DNA of 63,595 nucleotides from Escherichia phage vB_EcoS_HdSG1: sequence record MK373795.1; one strand, 5' to 3'. Shown piece by piece: positions 1 to 6,875 of this stretch (position 1 is its first letter; each line of letters starts with the position of its first letter). The notes under the pieces were generated by a model. It saw only the letters and a program-made list of their open reading frames with translations, ran no database searches and was not told where the DNA came from. The position numbers and the translations under genes were made by a program.

Positions 1-680
1 TTTATAAAGGGGTCTCGTAGGGGTCGTCAGTAGACAACTCAAAAACAAAAAATCTTTATACAATTTATATAAATACACACATACACACATTTTTTACCTT
101 ACTTTTCATGCACTTACCTCCTTTCATTTCGTATATTAAGCGTTAATACATGAGCAATATGACATATATTTGTTGCGCAACGACTGTGTGTTTTCTAACC
201 AAACGAAAGATTACTTTATATACGTCCGCGCGTCTAACACAAAAGAAAAGTAGATTGCAAGCAATTTTTGCTGAGGTAACTCTCGAAGTGAAAGCGATTT
301 GCGAGTTTGAATTTTTGTAGCCCGAAAACGATTCTATTTTATGGTATAAATGTCGGATTTTTCGGGCAAAGCCGGCTTTTCGGTGAGGTTGGGTGGCTGG
401 GATCGGGGTAACGGGTAGCCCATAAAGCGAAAATAGCCGCGAAAACGGGGCACGCAGCGCGATTAAATGGTTGGATCAGTGTAAGGGTGGCGGTGAGGGC
501 GAAAATGCCGCAAAATCGCGTACAGGGAAGCAGGGAGTGGATCGCTGTAAGGGCGTATAAGGCGACTAAATTGGAGTCTATGGTAATGTACGGAAGAAGG
601 ATTCAGGTTCTTAGGGTGCGAATGGTGGAGCTATGGGTGAGGAATATGTGGTCAGCAGGGTGGCGCGGGAGGTTATGCAG

Positions 681-721
681 GTACAAAAACGAAAGCGCCC
701 CGTTGGACTTCAACAGGGCGC
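681..721 (-). terminator. Rho-independent terminator of the terminal-repeat operon
   Basis: GCGCCC (695..700) / GGGCGC (716..721) stem; minus-strand transcript continues into a U-rich run (plus-strand acaaaaacgaaa at 683..694); just downstream of the CDS ending at 745. Confidence 0.55.
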
Positions 722-744
722 GGATTGTATAATGCAGTTAGAAG

Positions 745-993
745 TTATTTACAAGTTAATAGTACCGCCCAGGTATTATCTGGAAGCGTACCAACTCCGA
801 GTATCTTAAGCTGAAGCGACTTGTTCTGCATGTTGTAGTTGTCCAGTAACTCCTGGGCCGCGGCAGCGGCGTTCGCTTCACCGTTCAGGTTGTAGTCGTT
901 TGCAGTTATTGCACACATACCGAGACCGACCGCTTTGAAGCGCATACCTTTGGATTGAGTCGGTGCTAGTGCTTTGACATGGATAGCGTTCAT
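745..993 (-). CDS. hypothetical protein (terminal-repeat operon)
   Basis: 82-aa ORF, last gene of co-oriented leftward array; no recognisable motif. Confidence 0.6.
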   Translation of the reverse strand: MNAIHVKALAPTQSKGMRFKAVGLGMCAITANDYNLNGEANAAAAAQELLDNYNMQNKSLQLKILGVGTLPDNTWAVLLTCK

Positions 994-1022
994 ATTATTT
1001 ATCTCCGTTACAATTTGAAAGG

Positions 1023-1286
1023 TTAGCAGTTTTTTAACAGGTTGATGAAGCCCACCAGCGTGGACGCGGTTGCAACCAGGCGGCCCATAGTATGCAATTC
1101 CGCGTGAACTTTACCGTCGTCAAATACAGTTAAATAAACGTTAAGACCATTGCAACGGACGCGATATTTGCGCGAGTTATTACCGAAAGTTTCTAGCTCT
1201 GCGGTGATAGTCGCAAGATTAGCTATACGTTTGCCGATAATGCGGCGAGTGATAGTGGACTGGTTTAATACTGTAGACATAATCAT
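1023..1286 (-). CDS. hypothetical small protein, ITxRIIGKR-motif paralog A
   Basis: 87-aa ORF; RBS AGAGGAA; N-terminal STITRRIIGKRIANL...AEL aligns with SQITKRIIGKRLYQL...AEK of CDS 2583..2888. Confidence 0.65.
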   Translation of the reverse strand: MIMSTVLNQSTITRRIIGKRIANLATITAELETFGNNSRKYRVRCNGLNVYLTVFDDGKVHAELHTMGRLVATASTLVGFINLLKNC

Positions 1287-1311
1287 TTCCTCTGTTAACT
1301 ATGCGAAGTGC

Positions 1312-1340
1312 ATATTATTGCCCACTGTTACTATGGGCAA
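1312..1340 (-). promoter_or_regulatory. sigma70-like promoter overlapping a palindromic motif
   Basis: Minus strand reads TTGCCC, 17-nt spacer, TAATAT, about 25 nt upstream of the 1286 start; overlaps palindrome ATTGCCCA-N9-TGGGCAAT at 1317..1342. Confidence 0.4.
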
Positions 1341-1348
1341 TGTATATG

Positions 1349-1513
1349 TCACTCAGCGGACACATATTCTAACGCTTCTGATAGTGTAGCGAAGTGACCA
1401 TCACTCACCAGATTAATAGCGTACTCAAGTTCATCTCGGGTCAGGTTGCGAAACTTGTTACGGATGTGATAGCAACGACCGCGATAAATAAGCTGGAAAT
1501 AGTTGCGTTCCAT
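1349..1513 (-). CDS. hypothetical protein (54 aa)
   Basis: Internal ATG of track ORF 1349..1669 chosen at 1513 because of RBS AAGGGGA and no overlap with upstream gene. Confidence 0.5.
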   Translation of the reverse strand: MERNYFQLIYRGRCYHIRNKFRNLTRDELEYAINLVSDGHFATLSEALEYVSAE

Positions 1514-1523
1514 AATTATCCCC

Positions 1524-1769
1524 TTATGCAACGATGAACGCGTAACCGCTTTGATCCGGGAGTTCACCACCGGCAACAATCTCAAATTCAACACCCGCTC
1601 TAGCGTTGAACTTTTTGATAAGCTCTTCCGCTGCGGCGCGGTGGTTGCCGTAAACACCCAAATCGTCACGCCACGTGATAGTCAAGGAGCCGTTCCAGCC
1701 TGTTGCTTTTACGCGCGGGTTACGGGTGGCAGTTGGGTTAACGAATTTGGTGATGATAGCTTGAGCCAT
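1524..1769 (-). CDS. hypothetical protein (81 aa)
   Basis: ORF with RBS GGAGTAATTATC before ATG at 1769. Confidence 0.65.
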   Translation of the reverse strand: MAQAIITKFVNPTATRNPRVKATGWNGSLTITWRDDLGVYGNHRAAAEELIKKFNARAGVEFEIVAGGELPDQSGYAFIVA

Positions 1770-1774
1770 GATAA

Positions 1775-1960
1775 TTACTCCGGTAAAATTACAGTGACGT
1801 TAATATTTGCAAGGCGAGCGCACTCGCGGAAACCTTTTACATAAGCATCCATTTCGTCATAGGATGCGAAAGTTGCGTCCGGGACTGGTCCGTTGTTAAT
1901 ATTCACGCAATATTCGTGTTCGTCCAGGTCAACCCAGCAATTCAGAACGATAGTTTCCAT
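1775..1960 (-). CDS. hypothetical protein (61 aa)
   Basis: ATG at 1960 preceded by GGGGGG; the track start at 1993 is a TTG; stop of upstream tiny ORF lies 1 nt before this ATG. Confidence 0.55.
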   Translation of the reverse strand: METIVLNCWVDLDEHEYCVNINNGPVPDATFASYDEMDAYVKGFRECARLANINVTVILPE

Positions 1961-1961
1961 A

Positions 1962-2036
1962 TTATTTGCCCCCCGTATAGTAAAGACCCGCAACTATTGG
2001 AGCTCCGAACACTAAGAAAGCTAATAAGTAGAACAT
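1962..2036 (-). CDS. tiny hydrophobic peptide (24 aa, MFYLLAFLVFGAPIVAGLYYTGGK)
   Basis: Hand-translated; RBS AAGGGGG 9 nt upstream; starts 2 nt after stop of 2039..2506 and ends 1 nt before next ATG; below the track length cutoff. Confidence 0.45.
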   Translation of the reverse strand: MFYLLAFLVFGAPIVAGLYYTGGK

Positions 2037-2038
2037 AA

Positions 2039-2506
2039 TTAGTTACCCCCTTTATTGTTGAGCCCGTTGAATTTACGCCATGCGTAGAATTCAATCGTTG
2101 CATTATTAATATTCCAACCATTAGCTTTCGCAAGGTCACGCACGTTACCAATAGTTGGCACACTATCAGGTAACATATTATCCAGGGCATTCCAAACGTC
2201 TGCACATTTACCTTTAATTGGGCGGCGGACCCCGTTGCGCGTTTTACCTTTGGCGGGAGCGACCGGAGCTTGTTGTGTGGTCACTTCCACGACAGTCGCT
2301 TTATCAGCTTCCACCAGATCGTTAGCTGCCTTATTAACGGCGCTTTCGCTGAACCAGTAGCGACCACCGTCTTCCATAGGTTCCTGGTGAATAAAGCTAT
2401 TTGCTGTCGCTGTGTCTACGTCCAGAACCTTTTTCAAGGCACGGCGAGCGTTAGACATGTTGGTAAAAAAGCGAGCATCTTTTGCTACGCGAGTGATAGT
2501 AACCAT
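2039..2506 (-). CDS. hypothetical protein (155 aa)
   Basis: ORF in operon; start taken at MVTITRV (ATG 2506, GGAG upstream); alternative ATG at 2521. Confidence 0.65.
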   Translation of the reverse strand: MVTITRVAKDARFFTNMSNARRALKKVLDVDTATANSFIHQEPMEDGGRYWFSESAVNKAANDLVEADKATVVEVTTQQAPVAPAKGKTRNGVRRPIKGKCADVWNALDNMLPDSVPTIGNVRDLAKANGWNINNATIEFYAWRKFNGLNNKGGN

Positions 2507-2547
2507 TGTGAATATCTCCATGTTGTTCTAGCGGATTGCTAGTGGGA

Positions 2548-2569
2548 GCCCACTGTTACAATGGGCAAC
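2548..2569. promoter_or_regulatory. palindromic motif GCCCACTGTTACAATGGGCAA (second copy, operator-like)
   Basis: Near-identical to 1317..1342; intergenic, immediately upstream of the 2506 start. Confidence 0.4.
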
Positions 2570-2582
2570 CATTAGCACGCTA

Positions 2583-2888
2583 TTATTGTTGAATAGCTTT
2601 ATCTATCATTGCGATGAAGCAGAACACAGACCAAAGGCTATTCGCTTGGCATACTGCGCGACCATACATTACGCTATAAGAGCTGACAGTGCCGTCCTCG
2701 TTAATGCGAATATATAACGCGGTGCTGGAATACTTTTCGTTGCCCGGGAGCATTACCAGATACTCATCATAATCCCAATCCCCGCTGACTTTTTCCGCTG
2801 TAAGGCCCAGCTGATACAGGCGCTTGCCAATAATGCGCTTAGTAATTTGAGATTGGGACATGGAACGCGGTAAGTAGATAATGGACAT
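2583..2888 (-). CDS. hypothetical small protein, ITxRIIGKR-motif paralog B
   Basis: Start at internal ATG 2888 (MSIIYLPRS) with RBS AAGGGAGA; first gene of the repeat operon; paralog of 1023..1286. Confidence 0.65.
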   Translation of the reverse strand: MSIIYLPRSMSQSQITKRIIGKRLYQLGLTAEKVSGDWDYDEYLVMLPGNEKYSSTALYIRINEDGTVSSYSVMYGRAVCQANSLWSVFCFIAMIDKAIQQ

Positions 2889-2963
2889 AATGCAATCTCC
2901 CTTCGGGTGAGGCGGGCGCGGAACCCGTGTCCCGCTTAAAAACCCCCTTAACCCTACACAGTT

Positions 2964-2992
2964 ATAGTATGACAACGGGGTATCAGATGCAA
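2964..2992 (-). promoter_or_regulatory. sigma70-like promoter of the terminal-repeat operon
   Basis: Minus strand TTGCAT (2987..2992), 17-nt spacer, TACTAT (2964..2969), about 75 nt upstream of the 2888 start. Confidence 0.4.
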
Positions 2993-3071
2993 CTATTATC
3001 TGCATTATTTTAGAACTTTTTTTAGTTGTGTTTCATAATAATAACATCCGGGACTACACGGTAGATGGTGT

Positions 3072-3150
3072 GCCGGAAATACCAGGTAGCGCGAGCGTGC
3101 CGAAAATACCAGGTAACAGCACGCGCCGAACATACCAGGTAGCACATACA
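3072..3150. repeat. Three tandem 26-27-bp direct repeats (iteron-like), core ATACCAGGTA
   Basis: GCCG-rAAATACCAGGTA units begin at 3072, 3099, 3125; cores at 3079, 3105, 3132. Confidence 0.7.
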
Positions 3151-3443
3151 TAGACAGCACATAGTGGGCAGGTGGATAGTAACAGATGCAATTATACTGG
3201 ACGGTACAGTATAGTCATGTAATAGATAACATACTAATCAAATAAAAAATAATAACGCGTGTGACAATAAACAACGTTATAGTAGAGCGTGCAACAGTCA
3301 CATGACGTAACAATCACCTCACTGACGATCACTGGACGTTATAGTAACGCCGCGGGGCGGCTCTTAGATCTCTGCCAAGGATTCATCGTTTGTAGATTAT
3401 CTCGTCACTAGACACTTTATATCCTCACCTCACCTGCCCTATA

Positions 3444-3472
3444 TTGTTCGTATAAAGTTAATTCCGTATGTA
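3444..3472 (+). promoter_or_regulatory. candidate sigma70 promoter for the rightward gene block
   Basis: TTGTTC (3444..3449), 17-nt spacer, TATGTA (3467..3472), about 25 nt before ATG 3495. Confidence 0.3.
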
Positions 3473-3494
3473 AATACTCGAGAGGAGATCTATT

Positions 3495-3782
3495 ATGTTC
3501 GTTCTGGCTTTCAGTAGTGCAATATGGCTAGGTATCAACTGGATCCTTGCAATTATATTAGGTCTTGTGATTTGGTATGTGCCGTTTATGCGTTACGCTG
3601 TTATCATTTCGCTTGCATATTTAGTTGTTAAACATTTCTTCGTATGGTGTGTATGCAACCCACAAGCTGCAAACATCAAACGTAAGAAAGCGAACTTCTT
3701 TAGTGCGCTTATTTTAGGTTCACTGATTGTGTACGCATGGTTGCTCGGTGCGCAGAACTTAGGTTGGTTCACGTTGCCTTAA
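3495..3782 (+). CDS. small membrane protein (2-3 predicted TM helices)
   Basis: 95 aa, highly hydrophobic; RBS AGAGGAGA. Confidence 0.65.
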   Translation: MFVLAFSSAIWLGINWILAIILGLVIWYVPFMRYAVIISLAYLVVKHFFVWCVCNPQAANIKRKKANFFSALILGSLIVYAWLLGAQNLGWFTLP

Positions 3783-3867
3783 TGTGGTCACTAATTGTTG
3801 CGGCCGGCTATGTTAATCAACTTGCGTATCCTGTTATAGTTATTCCGTTAACGTTAAAGGGGTTTAT

Positions 3868-4233
3868 ATGAACGAGAATATAGTTAAAGCCTGGTCAATC
3901 CTACGACCACAGCTGAAAGAAGATCGCGTCGCTTTTGTTTTATGTCCTGCTAATGAATATCGCCGGAAGCTCGAAGAAGTGTTGCGAGAAGATCCTGAGT
4001 TCGTTCGCTGTGTGCAACTGTCGCGCGAGTCATCTGTGGTACAGTTTGATCGTTTCCACCTTCGTTTGGTTTCTCATCACAGAGCTTCGTATGAAGATAC
4101 TGTTACTCGTACGAGTGGCTTCCATTGTGATATTGCAATTCTTGACTGCAAACTGGACATTGGGCAGAAACAGGATTTATATAATCTCGCTCGTGAACGT
4201 CATGGTGAATTGTTAATTGTGGAAGTGCAATAA
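3868..4233 (+). CDS. hypothetical protein
   Basis: 121-aa ORF, RBS AAAGGGG; no recognisable motif. Confidence 0.6.
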   Translation: MNENIVKAWSILRPQLKEDRVAFVLCPANEYRRKLEEVLREDPEFVRCVQLSRESSVVQFDRFHLRLVSHHRASYEDTVTRTSGFHCDIAILDCKLDIGQKQDLYNLARERHGELLIVEVQ

Positions 4234-4571
4234 TGGCCAAAGATATCGTTATTCCGAAAATGTATTGCCAACTTCGTGATACTTTATTACAAAGCGGTTG
4301 GATTATTAGTCACAGCGATGTAAATGACACTTATATTGTTCTTATACCACCTGAAGGAACCATATCCTGCATTTTGCACTATATGCCCGAAGCGAAAACG
4401 GTTTATCCGAACGGGTCGTTCTTGCTTCGTCTGCGCTCCGATACATGGAAGATCCAGACGGATACCTGTGCAATTGACGAGAATACCAGTAAAGAATTTA
4501 TTCGCAAGCTAACTCAGCTGAATAAAATCTACCAGCATGTTAAATTTGATTTGTTTAAGGAAGTCTTCTAA
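4233..4571 (+). CDS. hypothetical protein
   Basis: 112-aa ORF; start overlaps upstream stop. Confidence 0.6.
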   Translation: MAKDIVIPKMYCQLRDTLLQSGWIISHSDVNDTYIVLIPPEGTISCILHYMPEAKTVYPNGSFLLRLRSDTWKIQTDTCAIDENTSKEFIRKLTQLNKIYQHVKFDLFKEVF

Positions 4572-5011
4572 TGCTTACTGTTAATGACCGCATCACCCAT
4601 AAAACTCAACCGACAATCATGTCCTGCATGGCAGCCTGTCTGGCTATGCTTCTTGACAGGGATGTTGAAGAGGTTGACAACGAATTTAGCCCAGACTACG
4701 TTCGTGGGTATATTGATGTTGCTACTTATCTATATCGACAAGGCATCTTTGCACAGCCACATATCACTGCCGGTATGCACCAAATATATCCAGGGCGCTT
4801 GTATCTTGCGACTGTACCTTCTTTGCAGTTACCTGGGCTTTTCCATCAGATCATTATTGACGCTCGTTTTGACGGTGTGACCGTATACGATCCATGTAAA
4901 GGTCTGGAAGGGAAACAATATTATTCCTATGACCACATTGCAGAAGAAAACGAGCTGGCGTATCCTCTGCGGTCTTTCCTGATTGATTACGAAATTATAT
5001 TACCGGAGTGA
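4571..5011 (+). CDS. C39-like papain-fold cysteine peptidase (putative)
   Basis: SCMAACLAMLL resembles the C39 catalytic-Cys motif (CGxACLAM-IL); downstream FHQIIID...TVYDPCKG resembles the C39 His and Asp-Pro region. Confidence 0.6.
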   Translation: MLTVNDRITHKTQPTIMSCMAACLAMLLDRDVEEVDNEFSPDYVRGYIDVATYLYRQGIFAQPHITAGMHQIYPGRLYLATVPSLQLPGLFHQIIIDARFDGVTVYDPCKGLEGKQYYSYDHIAEENELAYPLRSFLIDYEIILPE

Positions 5012-5368
5012 TTGATGAGCTTGCAACGTTTTGACAATGCAGAACTCGCGTGTGAATTTGCAAAGCGCAAGTTTGCTAAAACAGGTACGCCGCGATGCGT
5101 ACACGCGGCTATTGGGCAAAATGGGGCAAAGTATTGGTACGTTGGTACAGTAGCTCAGATCAAGCGAAGATTCGCGACTACGCCCGAAATGCGCCGGCTT
5201 GGGTCCCCTACACTTGTGCGAAACAGGCAGTTGGATAAAGAGGAAATTTATCAATTTCTTAGGAATTACACTGGTAAAGAGAATAGATTTCAGGTTGCAG
5301 CGAAAGAGTTTAATATCGGTCTTTCCACTGCTTATAAAATTTATCACATATATGGGCGTTTAATATGA
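5012..5368 (+). CDS. hypothetical protein
   Basis: 118-aa basic ORF. Confidence 0.55.
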   Translation: MMSLQRFDNAELACEFAKRKFAKTGTPRCVHAAIGQNGAKYWYVGTVAQIKRRFATTPEMRRLGSPTLVRNRQLDKEEIYQFLRNYTGKENRFQVAAKEFNIGLSTAYKIYHIYGRLI

Positions 5369-5859
5369 CCGCAATTGCTTATCGTAATGGTATATTGGCC
5401 GTAGATCGTCAGGTTACATGGGGTAATATTGCAACAACTACAGATAAAGTTCATACTGTTAATATTCCAGGAATTGGTCTTTGTCTTGTTGCGATGTCTG
5501 GTAAACTACGTCCTGTAACTGATATTGTGGATCATCTAAAAACTACGGTTCGTGGACGCAAAGAACCTTTCTCGGATTTAAATCCGGATTCCCGTTATGG
5601 TATTGCAGTGACGCAGGAACTTGTCGTATATCCTATCTACGGGGATGGTAAATTAGGTCTACCGGACACTAACGAATTTATTGCGGAAGGTAGTGCGTTT
5701 GAGTTCTTGATGGGTGCAATGGCGGGAGGTTGCACCGCAGAAGAGGCTGTACGGCTGGCGTGCGTATATTGCGACAGTTGTGGTCAAGGAGTTAAATTCT
5801 ATGACGTAGCCTATACTCTTAAAGTGGCGCAGTGTAAAATCGAGGAGAAACCATTTTGA
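5365..5859 (+). CDS. HslV/proteasome beta-like Ntn hydrolase (putative)
   Basis: Thr directly after Met; TAIAYRNGILAVDRQVTWG resembles HslV N-terminus [23 protein letters not shown]; later IAEGSAFEFL resembles HslV IAIGSGGPYA. Confidence 0.5.
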   Translation: MTAIAYRNGILAVDRQVTWGNIATTTDKVHTVNIPGIGLCLVAMSGKLRPVTDIVDHLKTTVRGRKEPFSDLNPDSRYGIAVTQELVVYPIYGDGKLGLPDTNEFIAEGSAFEFLMGAMAGGCTAEEAVRLACVYCDSCGQGVKFYDVAYTLKVAQCKIEEKPF

Positions 5860-6047
5860 AGAAACCTAAGACTGGTCTGTTCCTTTGTGTTGGTGGACCT
5901 TTTGACGGTAAGCGTATACGCTTAACAACATCAGATTTGTATCCAAGTTCTTCCGTTTTCTATGTTCCATCTTATAAAAACGGTGAGAAGGGGCAATACG
6001 TCTGGAATGACGAAATTCGAAACAGTGTAATCTGGAGAACATCGTGA
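5856..6047 (+). CDS. hypothetical protein
   Basis: 63-aa ORF overlapping upstream stop. Confidence 0.5.
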   Translation: MKKPKTGLFLCVGGPFDGKRIRLTTSDLYPSSSVFYVPSYKNGEKGQYVWNDEIRNSVIWRTS

Positions 6048-6271
6048 GCGATCCTACAAATGCGCAATTAGCCGCTGCAAGAGTGTATATGCGCGGAGCT
6101 GCCGCTGAGATTGATGCTTTGCCTCAATTTGAAAAGCATGTACAGCAACTTGAAGATAAATTCAAGACTCTTAAAGATCTAGGGGACACGAAAGACGCTA
6201 TAGCCTTTCTTCTTGCTATCCAATACTTGTCTATGGGGGTTGGTGACAAAGTATGTTCCTTAGAAGAATAA
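6044..6271 (+). CDS. hypothetical protein
   Basis: 75-aa ORF overlapping upstream stop. Confidence 0.5.
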   Translation: MSDPTNAQLAAARVYMRGAAAEIDALPQFEKHVQQLEDKFKTLKDLGDTKDAIAFLLAIQYLSMGVGDKVCSLEE

Positions 6272-6753
6272 TTGGTATGGTTGCACCTTGGATACCACTT
6301 GTCATAATTGTTATTCTAGCCAACTGGGCTTATGACAATGCCATAGAATCAGCTAGAAAGGAGGGTTTCGATGCCGGTGTGTCGTACCAAAAAGAAACTC
6401 AGAAAGCGGTTGATTTCGAGGAGGAGAAACGAAGAGCGTATGAGAAAGACACTATCGAACGTCAGTACAGATCTCGTATTGAATCTTTGGTTGCCGATCT
6501 TAATAATTATCGCGCTACTAATGACAGGTTGCACAACGAAATCGCAACCGTCCGTAAGTACCTCGGTGACGCTACCGGCCCTCAGCCCGACAGCAAGACA
6601 ACCGCCCAGATCGCCCGTGTGCTCACCGAGCTGTATTCAGAAAGCGTCACAGAATACAGACAAGTGGCAGAAGAGGCTGAAAAGTATCGTATTGCCGGCG
6701 AGCAGTGCGAGCTACAATATGATGCAATGCGAAATCCGCGTAAAGAAAAGTGA
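6253..6753 (+). CDS. i-spanin (Rz-like)
   Basis: N-terminal TM helix then charged coiled-coil-like domain; contains an embedded lipoprotein ORF in another frame. Confidence 0.65.
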   Translation: MFLRRIIGMVAPWIPLVIIVILANWAYDNAIESARKEGFDAGVSYQKETQKAVDFEEEKRRAYEKDTIERQYRSRIESLVADLNNYRATNDRLHNEIATVRKYLGDATGPQPDSKTTAQIARVLTELYSESVTEYRQVAEEAEKYRIAGEQCELQYDAMRNPRKEK

Positions 6754-6784
6754 TAAACTGCAAAGTCCTTGCCGGGTTGCGTAA
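6440..6784 (+). CDS. o-spanin (Rz1-like outer-membrane lipoprotein), embedded and extending past i-spanin
   Basis: ATG 6440 in another frame of i-spanin; signal peptide ending LLMTGC (lipobox-like), then Pro/Ser-rich mature region. Confidence 0.55.
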   Translation: MRKTLSNVSTDLVLNLWLPILIIIALLMTGCTTKSQPSVSTSVTLPALSPTARQPPRSPVCSPSCIQKASQNTDKWQKRLKSIVLPASSASYNMMQCEIRVKKSDKLQSPCRVA

Positions 6785-6875
6785 CTAAACGTTCAATCTT
6801 AATTACACATAATTGATTGTGTACATGTGATAATTCAACTATGCTCTATTCGGTTTAACTGAATGGAGCTTTTTT

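Larger units (their letters stand above)
1..3363. repeat. Direct terminal repeat, left copy (identical to 60233..63595)
   Basis: First 40 nt and last 14 nt match the right copy; every ORF in 487..3005 recurs identically at +60232; window ends exactly at the repeat end. Confidence 0.9.

Noticed and set aside
487-732. Plus-strand 81-aa ORF in the terminal repeat (also at 60719..60964)
   Set aside because: Extremely Arg-rich translation of a G-rich non-coding stretch, antisense to the operon terminator region, with no gene context; judged a compositional artefact, though not strictly excluded.
1150-1389. Plus-strand ORFs inside the terminal repeat (1150..1389, 1503..1844, 2270..2542)
   Set aside because: Antisense to tightly packed minus-strand genes; no RBS; typical shadow ORFs.
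1942-2205. 87-aa minus-strand track ORF overlapping two operon genes
   Set aside because: Out of frame with and overlapping the better-supported genes 1775..1960, 1962..2036 and 2039..2506; no RBS.
3935-4216. Alternative-frame ORFs overlapping early genes (3935..4216, 4324..4512, 4584..4880)
   Set aside because: Fully inside better-supported ORFs in other frames; translations are low-complexity and unlike proteins.
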